A stretch of DNA of 64,000 nt, from NCBI GenBank assembly GCA_001600695.1, contig BCKQ01000001.1, positions 2,278,968-2,342,967 of the forward strand, read 5' to 3'. Made by a program: the position numbers and the translations under genes. Position 1 is the stretch's first letter. The number at the start of each line of letters is the position of its first letter. Origin of the DNA: Ascoidea asiatica JCM 7603 (lineage: Eukaryota; Fungi; Ascomycota). Of this stretch, positions 45,770 through 56,541 are shown in pieces. The notes below the pieces were generated by a model. It was not told the DNA's origin. It saw only the letters and a list, made by a program, of their open reading frames with translations, and ran no database searches.

Positions 45770-46550
45770 TAAAAAAATTACCTTAGAATGCTTTAAAGAG
45801 TTTTCCATTTATTTCAGACTTCAATAAAATTGAAATAATTGAATTAAAATAATATAAGCAAACAAAATCAACGAAATTTTACTTTAACAAATTCAATTTG
45901 TATTTTTTTCAATCTTGATATTATTGACAAAGACATAAAAGAAGTTATTTTCCTAATAATCCAACAAGCTCAGTTTCGAATTTTAGTAATATAAAATCTA
46001 ATTTTATCAAAAATGATCATTATCAAGATAGTGAAAATTTAAATGAAAGTTCAAATCAAATATGATATAAATATAAATTCTGGAAATTTTGATAGTAGAA
46101 AATCAAGCAATAATACTATCACTACCAGTTCTAAAACTTATCATCATGGAAAATCAAGTTTTAATTTATTTCAAAATTCAACTGAAAATTTAATGAACCA
46201 AAGAGATCATAAACAGAAAAGTAAAAGATCTTAAATTAGGTATATTAATGAGAATCATGTACAAGGTTATGATTATAGTTTTATTTTTTAAAGGTGAACC
46301 AAGTAACAAAATACTTCAAGAGAAAAAGGAAATCGAGGACTTAATTAATGAACAATTAGATCTTAAATTAGAACTTGTCCATGATTTGAACTTTTCCTTT
46401 TCTTCAAGTCTTAATGCTAGCTCAATTTCAGGTAATATCAGTAATTTATTGTAATATACAAGTGATATTTTTTTTTGTTACCAATACAGCAGTGAAGCAA
46501 AAGGTCAAATGGAAAGACTTTTCGATGAGAAACAACATATTAACCTTACT
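45770..46550 (+). pseudogene. Probable decayed gene of unknown family
   Basis: Consecutive coding-like plus-strand segments broken by stops and frameshifts, lying between convergent OAC1 and MRP17. Confidence 0.35.
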
Positions 46551-46647
46551 TGTCGTAATAATATAATATAATATATTATAACCTATTTACAAACAAACAT
46601 ACAAACAAAACTTGAAAATTTCAATTCAAAAACAAAATGGAATATTT

Positions 46648-47022
46648 TTAATTAGAAATATTTTGTTCTAAAGCAGCTTTTATTGAACTTTTTGCATTTA
46701 AACCATTATTTTCATGAACTCTAAAAATATTTGACCTTAAAACTCTTGGATCAGCTTTTAAAGCTCTTAAAATTTCATTTTGTACACCAACAGAAGAATC
46801 AAAAAGCATTAAAAATGGTGAACCTTGAAAATGAGTTTCTTGATCTTTTTTAATAAATTTTGGTAATGGACTTGTACCCATTGAATATATATCTCTTACA
46901 ACACCTCTATTATTTATTATCATTTTACCAATTGTAGTTGCAACTTCTTTTGCTTCACTTAAAGCTTTGGAACTTTCTTTATTAACACTACAACGTGCTA
47001 CAGCTATAAGTTCATAAAGCAT
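46648..47022 (-). CDS. MRP17: Mitochondrial ribosomal protein bS6m
   Basis: MLYELIAVAR, IINNRGVVRDI, FLMLFDSS and DPRVLRS; ATG at 47022. Confidence 0.95.
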   Translation of the reverse strand: MLYELIAVARCSVNKESSKALSEAKEVATTIGKMIINNRGVVRDIYSMGTSPLPKFIKKDQETHFQGSPFLMLFDSSVGVQNEILRALKADPRVLRSNIFRVHENNGLNAKSSIKAALEQNISN

Positions 47023-47512
47023 TTTCAATATAATAAATCTGATATAGTATAATTAAAGATGAAACAGTATAATGAATAATGAATAATAGATAATAAAGTA
47101 ATAATAATAATAATAATAATAATAAGATGGTAATAATAATATATTCAACTGTATCGTAGAAAACTTATCAACTGGTTTTTTTTTCTTAGATCAAGTAATA
47201 CGTGCACGTGATGATATTATTGTCTACTGCAGTGCTACAGTCCGCTGGTCTGTAAGTTAATGATTGTCAAATTACTGCAATAATGTTATTGACAATTGTT
47301 ACTTTTCAGATCAATTGAAAACACATTTTTATTTTGCTGTATTTTATCAAAATTCAATACAAAATTCAAATATTATTTATTAATTATTAATTATTAATTA
47401 TATATAAGTTTATCATATATCAATTTATTTTATGATTGATTGATTTTAAATTGAATTAATCTATTTGCTATTTAAAAAGGTATTTAATTTTAATAAATTT
47501 AAATTTTGAAAA

Positions 47513-49742
47513 ATGTCGTTAGAAAAAAGAATAAGAGCTATGTTTCAAACTCCAACAAAAGGAGAAAGTTTTGAATTTAGAACAGCATTAGTATCGCAAT
47601 ATCCAGAAGAAAGAAAAGAAGGTATTAAAAGAGTTATAAAAGCAATGACAGTTGGTAAAGATGTTAGTGCCTTATTTCCAGATGTTTTAAAAAATATTGC
47701 TACAAGAGATCTTGAACAAAAAAAATTAGTTTATCTTTATTTAATGAATTATGCAAAAACTCATCCAGAACTTTGTATATTAGCTGTTAATACATTTGTT
47801 CAAGATACAGAAGATCCAAATCCATTAGTTAGAGCATTAGCTATAAGAACTATGGGATGTATAAGAGTTGATAAAATTGTTGATTATATTCATATACCTT
47901 TAACAAGAACTTTAAAAGATGATAATCCATATGTTAGAAAAACAGCAGCAATTTGTGTTGCAAAATTATATGATTTAAATTCTCAAATTTGTATAGAAGA
48001 AGGATTTTTAAAAATTTTACAAAATTTAATTAATGATTCAAATCCAATGGTTGTTGCAAATGCAATTAGTGCATTAATTGAAATTGATGATATTAATCCA
48101 AATGAAAATGCACTTTTAATTAATTCGATAACTTTAAAAAAATTATTAATGGCATTAAATGAATGTACAGAATGGGGTAGAATAACATTATTAACAGCAT
48201 TATCAAATTATGAATCAAATTCATCAATTGAAGCATCACATATTATTGAAAGAGTTATACCACAATTACAACATGCCAATCCAGCAGTTGTATTATCATC
48301 AATTAAAACAATTTTACAACATATTAATAATATTGAACAAGAAATTTATAAAACCAATATTTTTAATAAATTATCATCACCATTAATTTCATTAATTTCA
48401 AATAATCCAGAAATTCAATTTGTTTCATTAAGAAATATTAGAATAATTTTAGAAAAATATCCAAATTTATTATCAAAAGAATTAAGAATATTTTATTGTA
48501 AATATAATGATCCATTATATTTAAAACTTGAAAAATTAGAAATTATGGTAAGAATTTCAAATTTACAAAATTATAGAATTTTATTATCAGAATTAAAAGA
48601 ATATTCAATGGAAATTGATAATGAATTTGTTAAAAGAAGTATAAAAGCTATAAGTCAAGTTGCAGTTAAATTAGGAGAAATTCCTGCAATGAAATCAATT
48701 GAAATTTTAATTGAATTATTTAGAGAACGTTCAACATTTGTAATTAATGATATTGTTATTGGATTAAGAGATATTTTAAGAAGATTTCCAAATAATAAAA
48801 AATTTTTAGATCTTATAATTCCATTATATTTTGATAGTCAAGAAGATTTATCAACATCAGAATCAATTTCAAGTTTTATTTGGGTACTTGGACAATATCC
48901 TAAGAGATTTAATAATTTAGAAAAAATTTTAAAAAAATATTGTGATAATCGTAATTATAATCTTGATAATAATAATAATAATATAAGAGGAGGAAACGAT
49001 GGTGAAGAAGAAGATGAAGAAGAAGAAGAATTTAATTTTATTGAAGAAGATTATCAAGTTCAATTACAATTATTAACAACAATTGTTAGAATTAATATTT
49101 TAAAACCAAGTAAAAATTTACAAAAATATTTACAAAATATTTTAACAATTGCAACTAAAAAAAGTGATAATGCAGATATTAGAGATAGAGCATTTATTTA
49201 TTGGAGATTATTATCAAGTTCAAATAATGAAGAATTAAAAGAAATAATTTTAAAACCATTACCAATAATTAATTCAATAATACCAAAATTTTCAAAAGAA
49301 TTAACAGATGAATTAATTAAAGAATTATCAACATTATCATCAGTTTATCATGAACCTTCATCTAAATTTCATTTAAATGGTGGAAATGGTAGTAATAGCA
49401 ATAATATTAATAATAAAAGTATTAATGAATTAGAAGAAATTGGTAAGAAAGAAATTATCAATAAAGTTCAAGCAGAAAATTTACTTAATTTTGATGATGA
49501 TGATGATGAAGATGAAAATAATGGATTTACAAATTCTTCATCTAATGGATTAAGTGAATTAAATGATTTATTTGGAATTAATAATAATGGTAATAATGGA
49601 TCTAATGTAAATCATCAAGGTCAAAGATCACAAAATTTAAATAGTAATATTTTAGATTTATTTAATAATCCTAAACCAATATCATCATCAGTATCTAATA
49701 TAAATTCAGGTATGAATAATTTGAATCTAAATTCAAATTTAA

Positions 49743-49797
<55 letters not shown>

Positions 49798-49840
49798 GAA
49801 TATAGGAAAACCAAATGATGATTTACTTGGATTATTTTGA
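47513..49840 (+). CDS. APL2: AP-1 complex beta-adaptin
   Basis: KGESFE, MTVGKDVSALFPDVLKN, DPNPLVRALAIRTMGCIRV, ALNECTEWGR, DIRDRAFIYWRLL and C-terminal DDLLGLF. Confidence 0.93.
49745..49795 (+). repeat. Perfect (AAT)17 coding microsatellite
   Basis: 17 consecutive Asn codons at the end of APL2. Confidence 0.9.
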
Positions 49841-50216
49841 ATAAGCTAATATTTAGTAGTTAATAGATAATAGGTAATAGTTAATAGTTAATAGTTTATA
49901 GAAAGTAATCTTAAAGGAGTATTATTATTTTGTATTGTATTATTGATAGTATTGTATTGTTGATAATAGCCGTTAGTGAAGTTATTCTCATTTCTTTAAC
50001 GTTACTGTTTTCACTCAAACGGAATCATTCAAGTGAAAAAAGTGAAAAAAGTGAAAAAAGTGAAAAACTTTCTTTGATTCAATTTTCATTCTTCAACCTT
50101 CAATTAATCATTTATCATCTATTCATATTCACTATCAATCAACTACCACTCAATCACCAATTTCATCATTATCACCTTCCTAATAGTTTCCTTTATTTAC
50201 AACTTCTTCTTTCTCA

Positions 50217-50663
50217 ATGTCAAATATTCTCAAAATCTTCAATCCTCCAAAAGCAAGAGATTTGACCGACGAAGAACTCAGCGGCTGTTTGCCCTGCGAG
50301 GTGATGGGCTCCTTCACCGGGCTAGCTGCCGGGCTCTATTTTGCCTCTGGGCGGGTCTTCGGAAGTGGTGTTTCTGGTGCTGCTGGTAGTGGTGCTGGTG
50401 CTGATGCTGCTTCGGCTGCCAAACCATCTCCTTCAGCTGCTTCCCCACTTTCATCCCCTTCTTCCTCTTCACATGCTTCCTCTTCTTCTGCTTCTTCTGC
50501 TGTTGTCAATCCTCGCTGGTGGAAATTCGCTGTCCGCGGTGCCGGTGCTGCTTTTGCTGTTTTTGTTGTTCATCGAGCTGCTCAGGGCTGGCTTGGGAAC
50601 ATTTTCCGAGCCTCTGCCAGAACCAGCGCCACTTCAACCACCTCCACCTCCAGAGCCAAGTGA
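50217..50663 (+). CDS. DMO2: Small mitochondrial membrane protein, Dmo2/YDL157C-like
   Basis: MSNILKIFNPP, CLPCEVM, YFASGRVF, NPRWWK and QGWL match YDL157C blocks. Confidence 0.85.
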   Translation: MSNILKIFNPPKARDLTDEELSGCLPCEVMGSFTGLAAGLYFASGRVFGSGVSGAAGSGAGADAASAAKPSPSAASPLSSPSSSSHASSSSASSAVVNPRWWKFAVRGAGAAFAVFVVHRAAQGWLGNIFRASARTSATSTTSTSRAK

Positions 50664-50819
50664 GTCTTCCCTTCCCCATTCACTTACTTCCATTCACTTA
50701 CTTCCGTTCTTCTTGTTATCTTCCCCTTCTTACTCACCCACTAATTAACTACTAAATAACTACTAAATAACTAATACACAGCTAATTCATAATTAATATA
50801 AGTACAAAGCCAATTCATC

Positions 50820-52226
50820 ATGGATTTAGGTCTTGAAAGAGTTCTTCTTCTACTTCAAAAACTTGGAAATCCACATCTTTCAAATTATTACACAATTCAC
50901 ATTGCTGGTACAAATGGTAAAGGTTCTGTTTGTTCATATCTTTCTTCAATATTATCAAATTCAAATTTTAATGTTGGTAAATTTACTTCTCCTCATATTA
51001 TAAATAAATTTGATTCAATTTCAATTAATAATAAACCAATTTCAAAATTAATTTTTGATAAATTTAATGAAAAAGTTATAAATTATAATATTAAATATAA
51101 TATAAATGCAACTAATTTTGAAATTTTAACAATAACTGCTTTTGAAATTTTTAAAGAATTTAAAATAAATTTTGCAATTTTAGAAGTTGGTTTAGGTGGT
51201 AAATTAGATTCAACTAATGTTATTCCATCTTGTTTTATTCAAAATAATAATTTAAATCAATTTAAAATTAATTCAAATGGTGTAATTTTAACTGGTATAA
51301 CTAAAATTAGTTTAGATCATCAAAATATCTTAGGTAATACTTTATCTGAAATTGCAATTCAAAAAGCTGGAATTATTAAAAAAAATGTTCCATGTGTAAT
51401 TGATGGTTCAAATCATAATTCTGTTATTTTAAAAGTTAATGAAATTGCAAAGAATTTTAATTCAACTCTTTATAAAACTAGTAACTTTAAAAATAATTCA
51501 ATTATTAATACAACCCATTTTGGTGATTTTTCTTTAAATATTTCTCCATTATTAGGTTCTTATCAATATCAAAATCTTTCAATTTCTTTAAAATTAATTG
51601 ATTTATTATATCCATATTTAGATATTATAAATTTAAATAAAAATAGTTTAAATAGAAATTCAATTTTAAAAGGTATAAAATCTGTTAAATGGCCTGCAAG
51701 ATTACAATTCTTAAATTTAAATTATTCAAATTCAAAAAATCCTTTAAAAGTTTTAATAGATGGTGCTCATAATGGTTCTGCTTCAATTGAATTAGCTAAT
51801 TTCTTAAATTCTTATTATGAAGATAATAATCAAAATCTTAAAAGAAAACCATTAACTTTTATAATTTCAATCACTGATTCAAAAGATTTATCTCCTTTAT
51901 TATTACCTTTATTTCAAAATTCTTCTCCTGATGATAGAATTATTTTAACTAAATTTGATTACAAAAATTCAGTTGAAGATATGCCATGGATTAAATCTTA
52001 TAATACTGATATTTTAAAATTAAAAATTAATGAAATGATTAATAAAAATATTAATAAAAATATTAATATTCAAATTGAAAATAATATTGAAACTTTATTA
52101 AATGAAAAAATTAATCCAATGATTGATAAAAATATTATAATTTGTGGTAGTTTATATCTTGCTTCAGAAATTTTAAAAATTCATTTAAAATATTCTGGTC
52201 AAAATGGTTATAAAGATATTTATTAA
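50820..52226 (+). CDS. FOL3: Dihydrofolate synthetase
   Basis: DLGLER, HIAGTNGKGS, FTSPH, LEVGLGGKLDSTN, WPARLQ, IDGAHN and CGSLYL. Confidence 0.92.
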   Translation: MDLGLERVLLLLQKLGNPHLSNYYTIHIAGTNGKGSVCSYLSSILSNSNFNVGKFTSPHIINKFDSISINNKPISKLIFDKFNEKVINYNIKYNINATNFEILTITAFEIFKEFKINFAILEVGLGGKLDSTNVIPSCFIQNNNLNQFKINSNGVILTGITKISLDHQNILGNTLSEIAIQKAGIIKKNVPCVIDGSNHNSVILKVNEIAKNFNSTLYKTSNFKNNSIINTTHFGDFSLNISPLLGSYQYQNLSISLKLIDLLYPYLDIINLNKNSLNRNSILKGIKSVKWPARLQFLNLNYSNSKNPLKVLIDGAHNGSASIELANFLNSYYEDNNQNLKRKPLTFIISITDSKDLSPLLLPLFQNSSPDDRIILTKFDYKNSVEDMPWIKSYNTDILKLKINEMINKNINKNINIQIENNIETLLNEKINPMIDKNIIICGSLYLASEILKIHLKYSGQNGYKDIY

Positions 52227-52264
52227 TAAATTTAATCAAATATATTGTATATACTAATATATTT

Positions 52265-54678
52265 TTATCTTCTAGATAATCGAGGATCCATAACTTTTGT
52301 AGATCTTATAGCTCCCCATGTTTTATTTGTTTTCTCAACTTTTAAAATATTTAATGAATTTAATGAATTTAAAGAATTTAATGAATTTAACGTTAATTTA
52401 TTCTCTTCATTCACTCCTTCATCTTCTAATTTTCTTCTTATTAAATTATCTTCTATTCCAATTTCATCCATTATATCTTCTAATCCTACAAAAAGTTTCT
52501 TTACTTGTCTTCCATCCTTATCGTTCTTCCTATCTATATCACTACCATTATCATCATTATCATTATCAGAATCCTCATCAGAATCTCTACTTCTTTTTCT
52601 ATTTATAACATTACTATTATTATCAATTTTAGATTTTTCATTTTTTTCTATAATAGATTTTAAAAATCCTAAAGCTGAATTATCTGTTTCTGTTAATTTA
52701 TTTTGTAATAAAAATGCTGATGATGATGATGATGATGGTGAAGCTACGGATGATGGCGAAGTTATTGATGTTGATGAAGTAACTGATGATACTGATTTTA
52801 TATCTGATCTTGCTTTAATTTCAGAATTAACATTGAAATTATTTCCATGTCGTAATAATGGTGATCCAAGATTATGTAAATTTGAATTTATTATCTTATT
52901 TTTACTTATATTTTGACTTAGATTTTGATTTTGATTTTGATATTTCATTCTATTTCCATTAATTTTATTTTCTAAAAAATCAATATGTTCAAAAAATGAT
53001 GGTGAAAATAATTCATTTCCGCCATTTGATAATAAAATTCTTTTTGCATCTTCATTTAATTTTTTTGATAATTTAAAATTATAACCATTATCTTTATCAT
53101 TAAGTAAATAAATATATTTATGATAAATTATTAATTTATCAAGATTTCCAGAAATAAACATTGTTTTAAAAGATCTTAAACCTCTTTCTGTATTACCTGC
53201 TAATCTTTTTTTATTTCTTTGAAAAAAAATCCCAATTTCAGATTCATTTATATTGTTTATAAATTTAAAACATCTTAAATTATCTGACCAAAAAAAATCT
53301 TTTGAATTTATTGAAAATGATTGCATTTGTAAAAAAAGATAATGTTCTTGTCTTAACTGATTTGAAAATTAAAATTTGTTAATAAAAATTGTAATTAAGT
53401 TGAAAAAAAAATAGAAAAAAAAAAAAAAAAGGCAATCAATCAATATATGATACTTACAACTTCAAATCTATCATTAAGATTTGAATGAATTCCATTTCTC
53501 ATTTTTGGGAATTTTTTTAAAAAAATTGAACTTAATAATTCAGTTTTAAAACCTAATTTTTCAAAATTAAATATAGTTTTTTTAAAAGAATCAAAATTTT
53601 TAATTATTAATTTAATTAAATATTCTTCTTTATCTGGTGACCATTTATCTGGTGGTCCTAAATCATAACGTATATTTTGAAATTGATTATTATTACTACT
53701 TTGATGAAGATTTTGATAAGGAGGTTGATTAAGAGGTTGATTAAGAGGTTGATTAAAAGGTTGATTAAGAGGTTGATGAAGAGGTTGATTAATATTTGAA
53801 TCACGTAGTTCATTATTATTAGTATTACTGATATTATTGAGGTTAATATTTTTATCAATTGGATAATTAAGTAATTTATAAGATAAAATATTTTGAATTG
53901 AATTTAAAGATAAATTTAAATTTTTATTATTTACATTTGGTAAATTTAAATAAATAAAAGAATGATAAATTAAAATATGATCTAAAGAAAATGGAGTAAA
54001 TAATTGTTTTACTGAATTTTTACCAATTTGTTTACCTTTAGTTTGTTGTGGTATTAAATTATAGTATTTTGAGAAAAAATTATTTAAATTATAATCGAAA
54101 TTTTTATCATCTAAATTATTATTAGTATTTAAAAATTGAAAAGATCTTTTTGAATTTGACCATTCAAATTTAATTTTATTTAAATTATTATTTAAATTAT
54201 TTTTTAAATATAAATTATAAAAAAATAACCACATTTCATGTAATGAAGTTATAACTAATAATTTATCTTTTAATAAACTTCTTTTATTATTTGTTTTATA
54301 ATTTGAATAATTATAAAATTGATCTAATAAATATAAATTTGCTTTATTAATTGTTTTTAAATTAATTAAATCAATTTTAAAAAAATTAAAATGTTTTATT
54401 AATAAATTTATTAATAATAAATTTTCATTAATTGACCAAATATTTTTAATATTATTTAATTTTTTATTTGGTAAATAGAATTTTATTTGATTATTATCAT
54501 CATTGTTGATGTTATGATTGATATTGTTATTATTATTATTATTATTTGAAATTGAAGATAATATTGAAGCAGGAGATATATTTTTTGAAGAAACTGCAGA
54601 AGCTGCTGCTAATATTTGAAAAATTAAATTTGATTTATCAGGATCATTATCATTATCATTATCATTACCTTTATTATC

Positions 54679-54714
<36 letters not shown>

Positions 54715-55254
54715 ATTTTGATTTATAATATTTTGATTTGAAATGGAATAAGAGTTTAAATTTGTGTTTAAATTTGCAAATGAAGGCGATATCGAAGGAG
54801 ATCTTGAAGGAGTATCGGCGGTTGAAAATGAAATAAATCGATTCATAGCGCCACCACCATTAATAGAATTATTAATATTATTTAAAGGATTTAAAGGAAT
54901 ATAATCTGTTGGAGATGTAGATGTAGATGTAGATGTAGATTTAGATGCAAATGAATTGGTAGAAATAATATTACCATTAAATATTTTACTATTTTCGATA
55001 TTTTTTTCGAAATTATTCTCAAAATTATTCTCAACATTTCGATTTTGAAATTGATTTTGAAATTGAAATTGATTTTGAATTACATTTTGATCTGTAATTT
55101 TAATATTGGAATTAGATTGAGAGGTTAAAGAAGCAGAATCATGAGAAAGAGATAGTTTTGTATCATTCTTTGCGGAATTAGCGCCGAAGTTGAGAATTCC
55201 ATCAAGAAGACCCTTAATTGAATCGTTTTGAAGAGAGTGATGGCGCTCAGACAT
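52265..55254 (-). CDS. Two-exon gene (55254-53458 joined to 53356-52265), 962 aa, with two tandem Myb/SANT-like domains
   Basis: A phase-0 intron joins ...NDRFEV to LRQEHYLFLQMQSF in frame. The internal repeat reads WS..L.LI.L.IK.F..FK...F.WS...R.F.F...FF...LD...IYH..IYL. First ATG is at 55254. Confidence 0.8.
53357..53457 (-). other. 101-nt spliceosomal intron
   Basis: GTAAGT donor (53457-53452), poly-T tract, TATTAAC branch site (53384-53378) and CAG acceptor (53359-53357); removal restores the reading frame. Confidence 0.85.
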
Positions 55255-55759
55255 TCGCAGAGAAAGAAGCTGGAAAAGAGGAAAAAACAACAAAAGTGCT
55301 GGCGATGGTGGCTCTGCTGCTGGTGGTTTTGTGCTGGTAGTGGCTGTGATGCTTGGGATGGTGCTTTTGGTGATGGTGCTCAAAAAACGAGAGAGAAATA
55401 GTCTCCAGGACAAAGTGGTGCGATTCAAGCAAAGCACCCAGTGAAGATCCCAGCGAAGATCCCCAACCAATTGGTGCTAGCATTGTCTCAGCACGTGATG
55501 TGTTAACTGTCCTTTTTCTCTGTCCCTGATAGCCTCCAGGTCTGCACTTAGCATAGGTGTTTGCCATGTGACTCTGTCCCAGAGCCCCCGCCCTGCTAGG
55601 CTCTTCTCGGCACGTGAGTCTCAGTAACGCAGTTTTGGGTTGCATTTTGCTTTACTCAAACAAATTTGCCATCGCAGCATCAGCACCGCTCTCTCTCTCT
55701 CTTTCTCTCTCTCTTTGGACTATTCACCTCTGTCACCACCACTGCCAAATCTCGATTTA

Positions 55760-55813
55760 CTCAGATTCAGATTCAGTTTCAGTTTCAGTTTCAGTCTCAG
55801 TCTCAGTCTCAGT
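55760..55813. repeat. 6-bp microsatellite (TCAGAT/TCAGTT/TCAGTC)n in the DHH1 promoter
   Basis: About nine consecutive hexamers that shift in sequence along the array. Confidence 0.8.
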
Positions 55814-56541
55814 TAGCACTGTGCTTCACGGTAATTCAGTACTAAACCTCACTCACTTGCAAATTATTTGCCTATTTGCCTATGTAATTTTACTATTTTA
55901 TCACTTCAATTCAACTTATTAAAATATTTCATTTATTTATTAATTCATTAATTTATTCACTTTATTTAATCTTTATTACTTATAATCTTTATAATTCAAC
56001 AATATTTATTATCTTACAATTAAACTCTTTTATAATCTTTATTCATATAATAATCTTATTAATATATTATCACTTCATATATTATATCTGATTATCTTTA
56101 ATCAATTTAAATCAATCAACTAAAACTTAAGTTGAATAGTTTATCTATTATTCAATTAATTATTCAATTTAAACAAATAAATAAATATTTAATTATTTAA
56201 GTATTTAAAGCCATTTGGCTCTAAATTTATTATAATCACTACTAGTATTATTAATTTAATTAGTTTAATCAATCTTATTAAATTATAATCTTTTTCTTTT
56301 TTTTCGTTTTCTTCTCAATTTCCCTTCCTTTCATTTTTCTTTTCGTTTTTCCTCTCCTTCACTTTTTACTTTTTCCTTTTCCTTATTCCTTTTCCCTTTT
56401 CAATTTTTATTTTAATTTCTATTTTATTTTATTTATTCTATTCCAGTCTATCCTAAATATATTCAAATAAAATTCAATTATATAATCAAATAGTATCCGA
56501 TATAATCAAATTCAATTTCAAATACTATATCAAATTTTATA

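Noticed and set aside
52245-52916. 223-aa plus-strand ORF, and similar antisense ORFs at 14695, 14805, 28058, 31971, 41282 and 60831
   Set aside because: Shadow frames of real opposite-strand genes; no motifs, and composition mirrors the sense codons
55255-55645. N-terminal extension of the Myb-like ORF (to 55470) and an overlapping 132-aa ORF
   Set aside because: The extension has a non-ATG start and both lie in the GC-rich promoter/5' UTR; the first in-frame ATG is 55254
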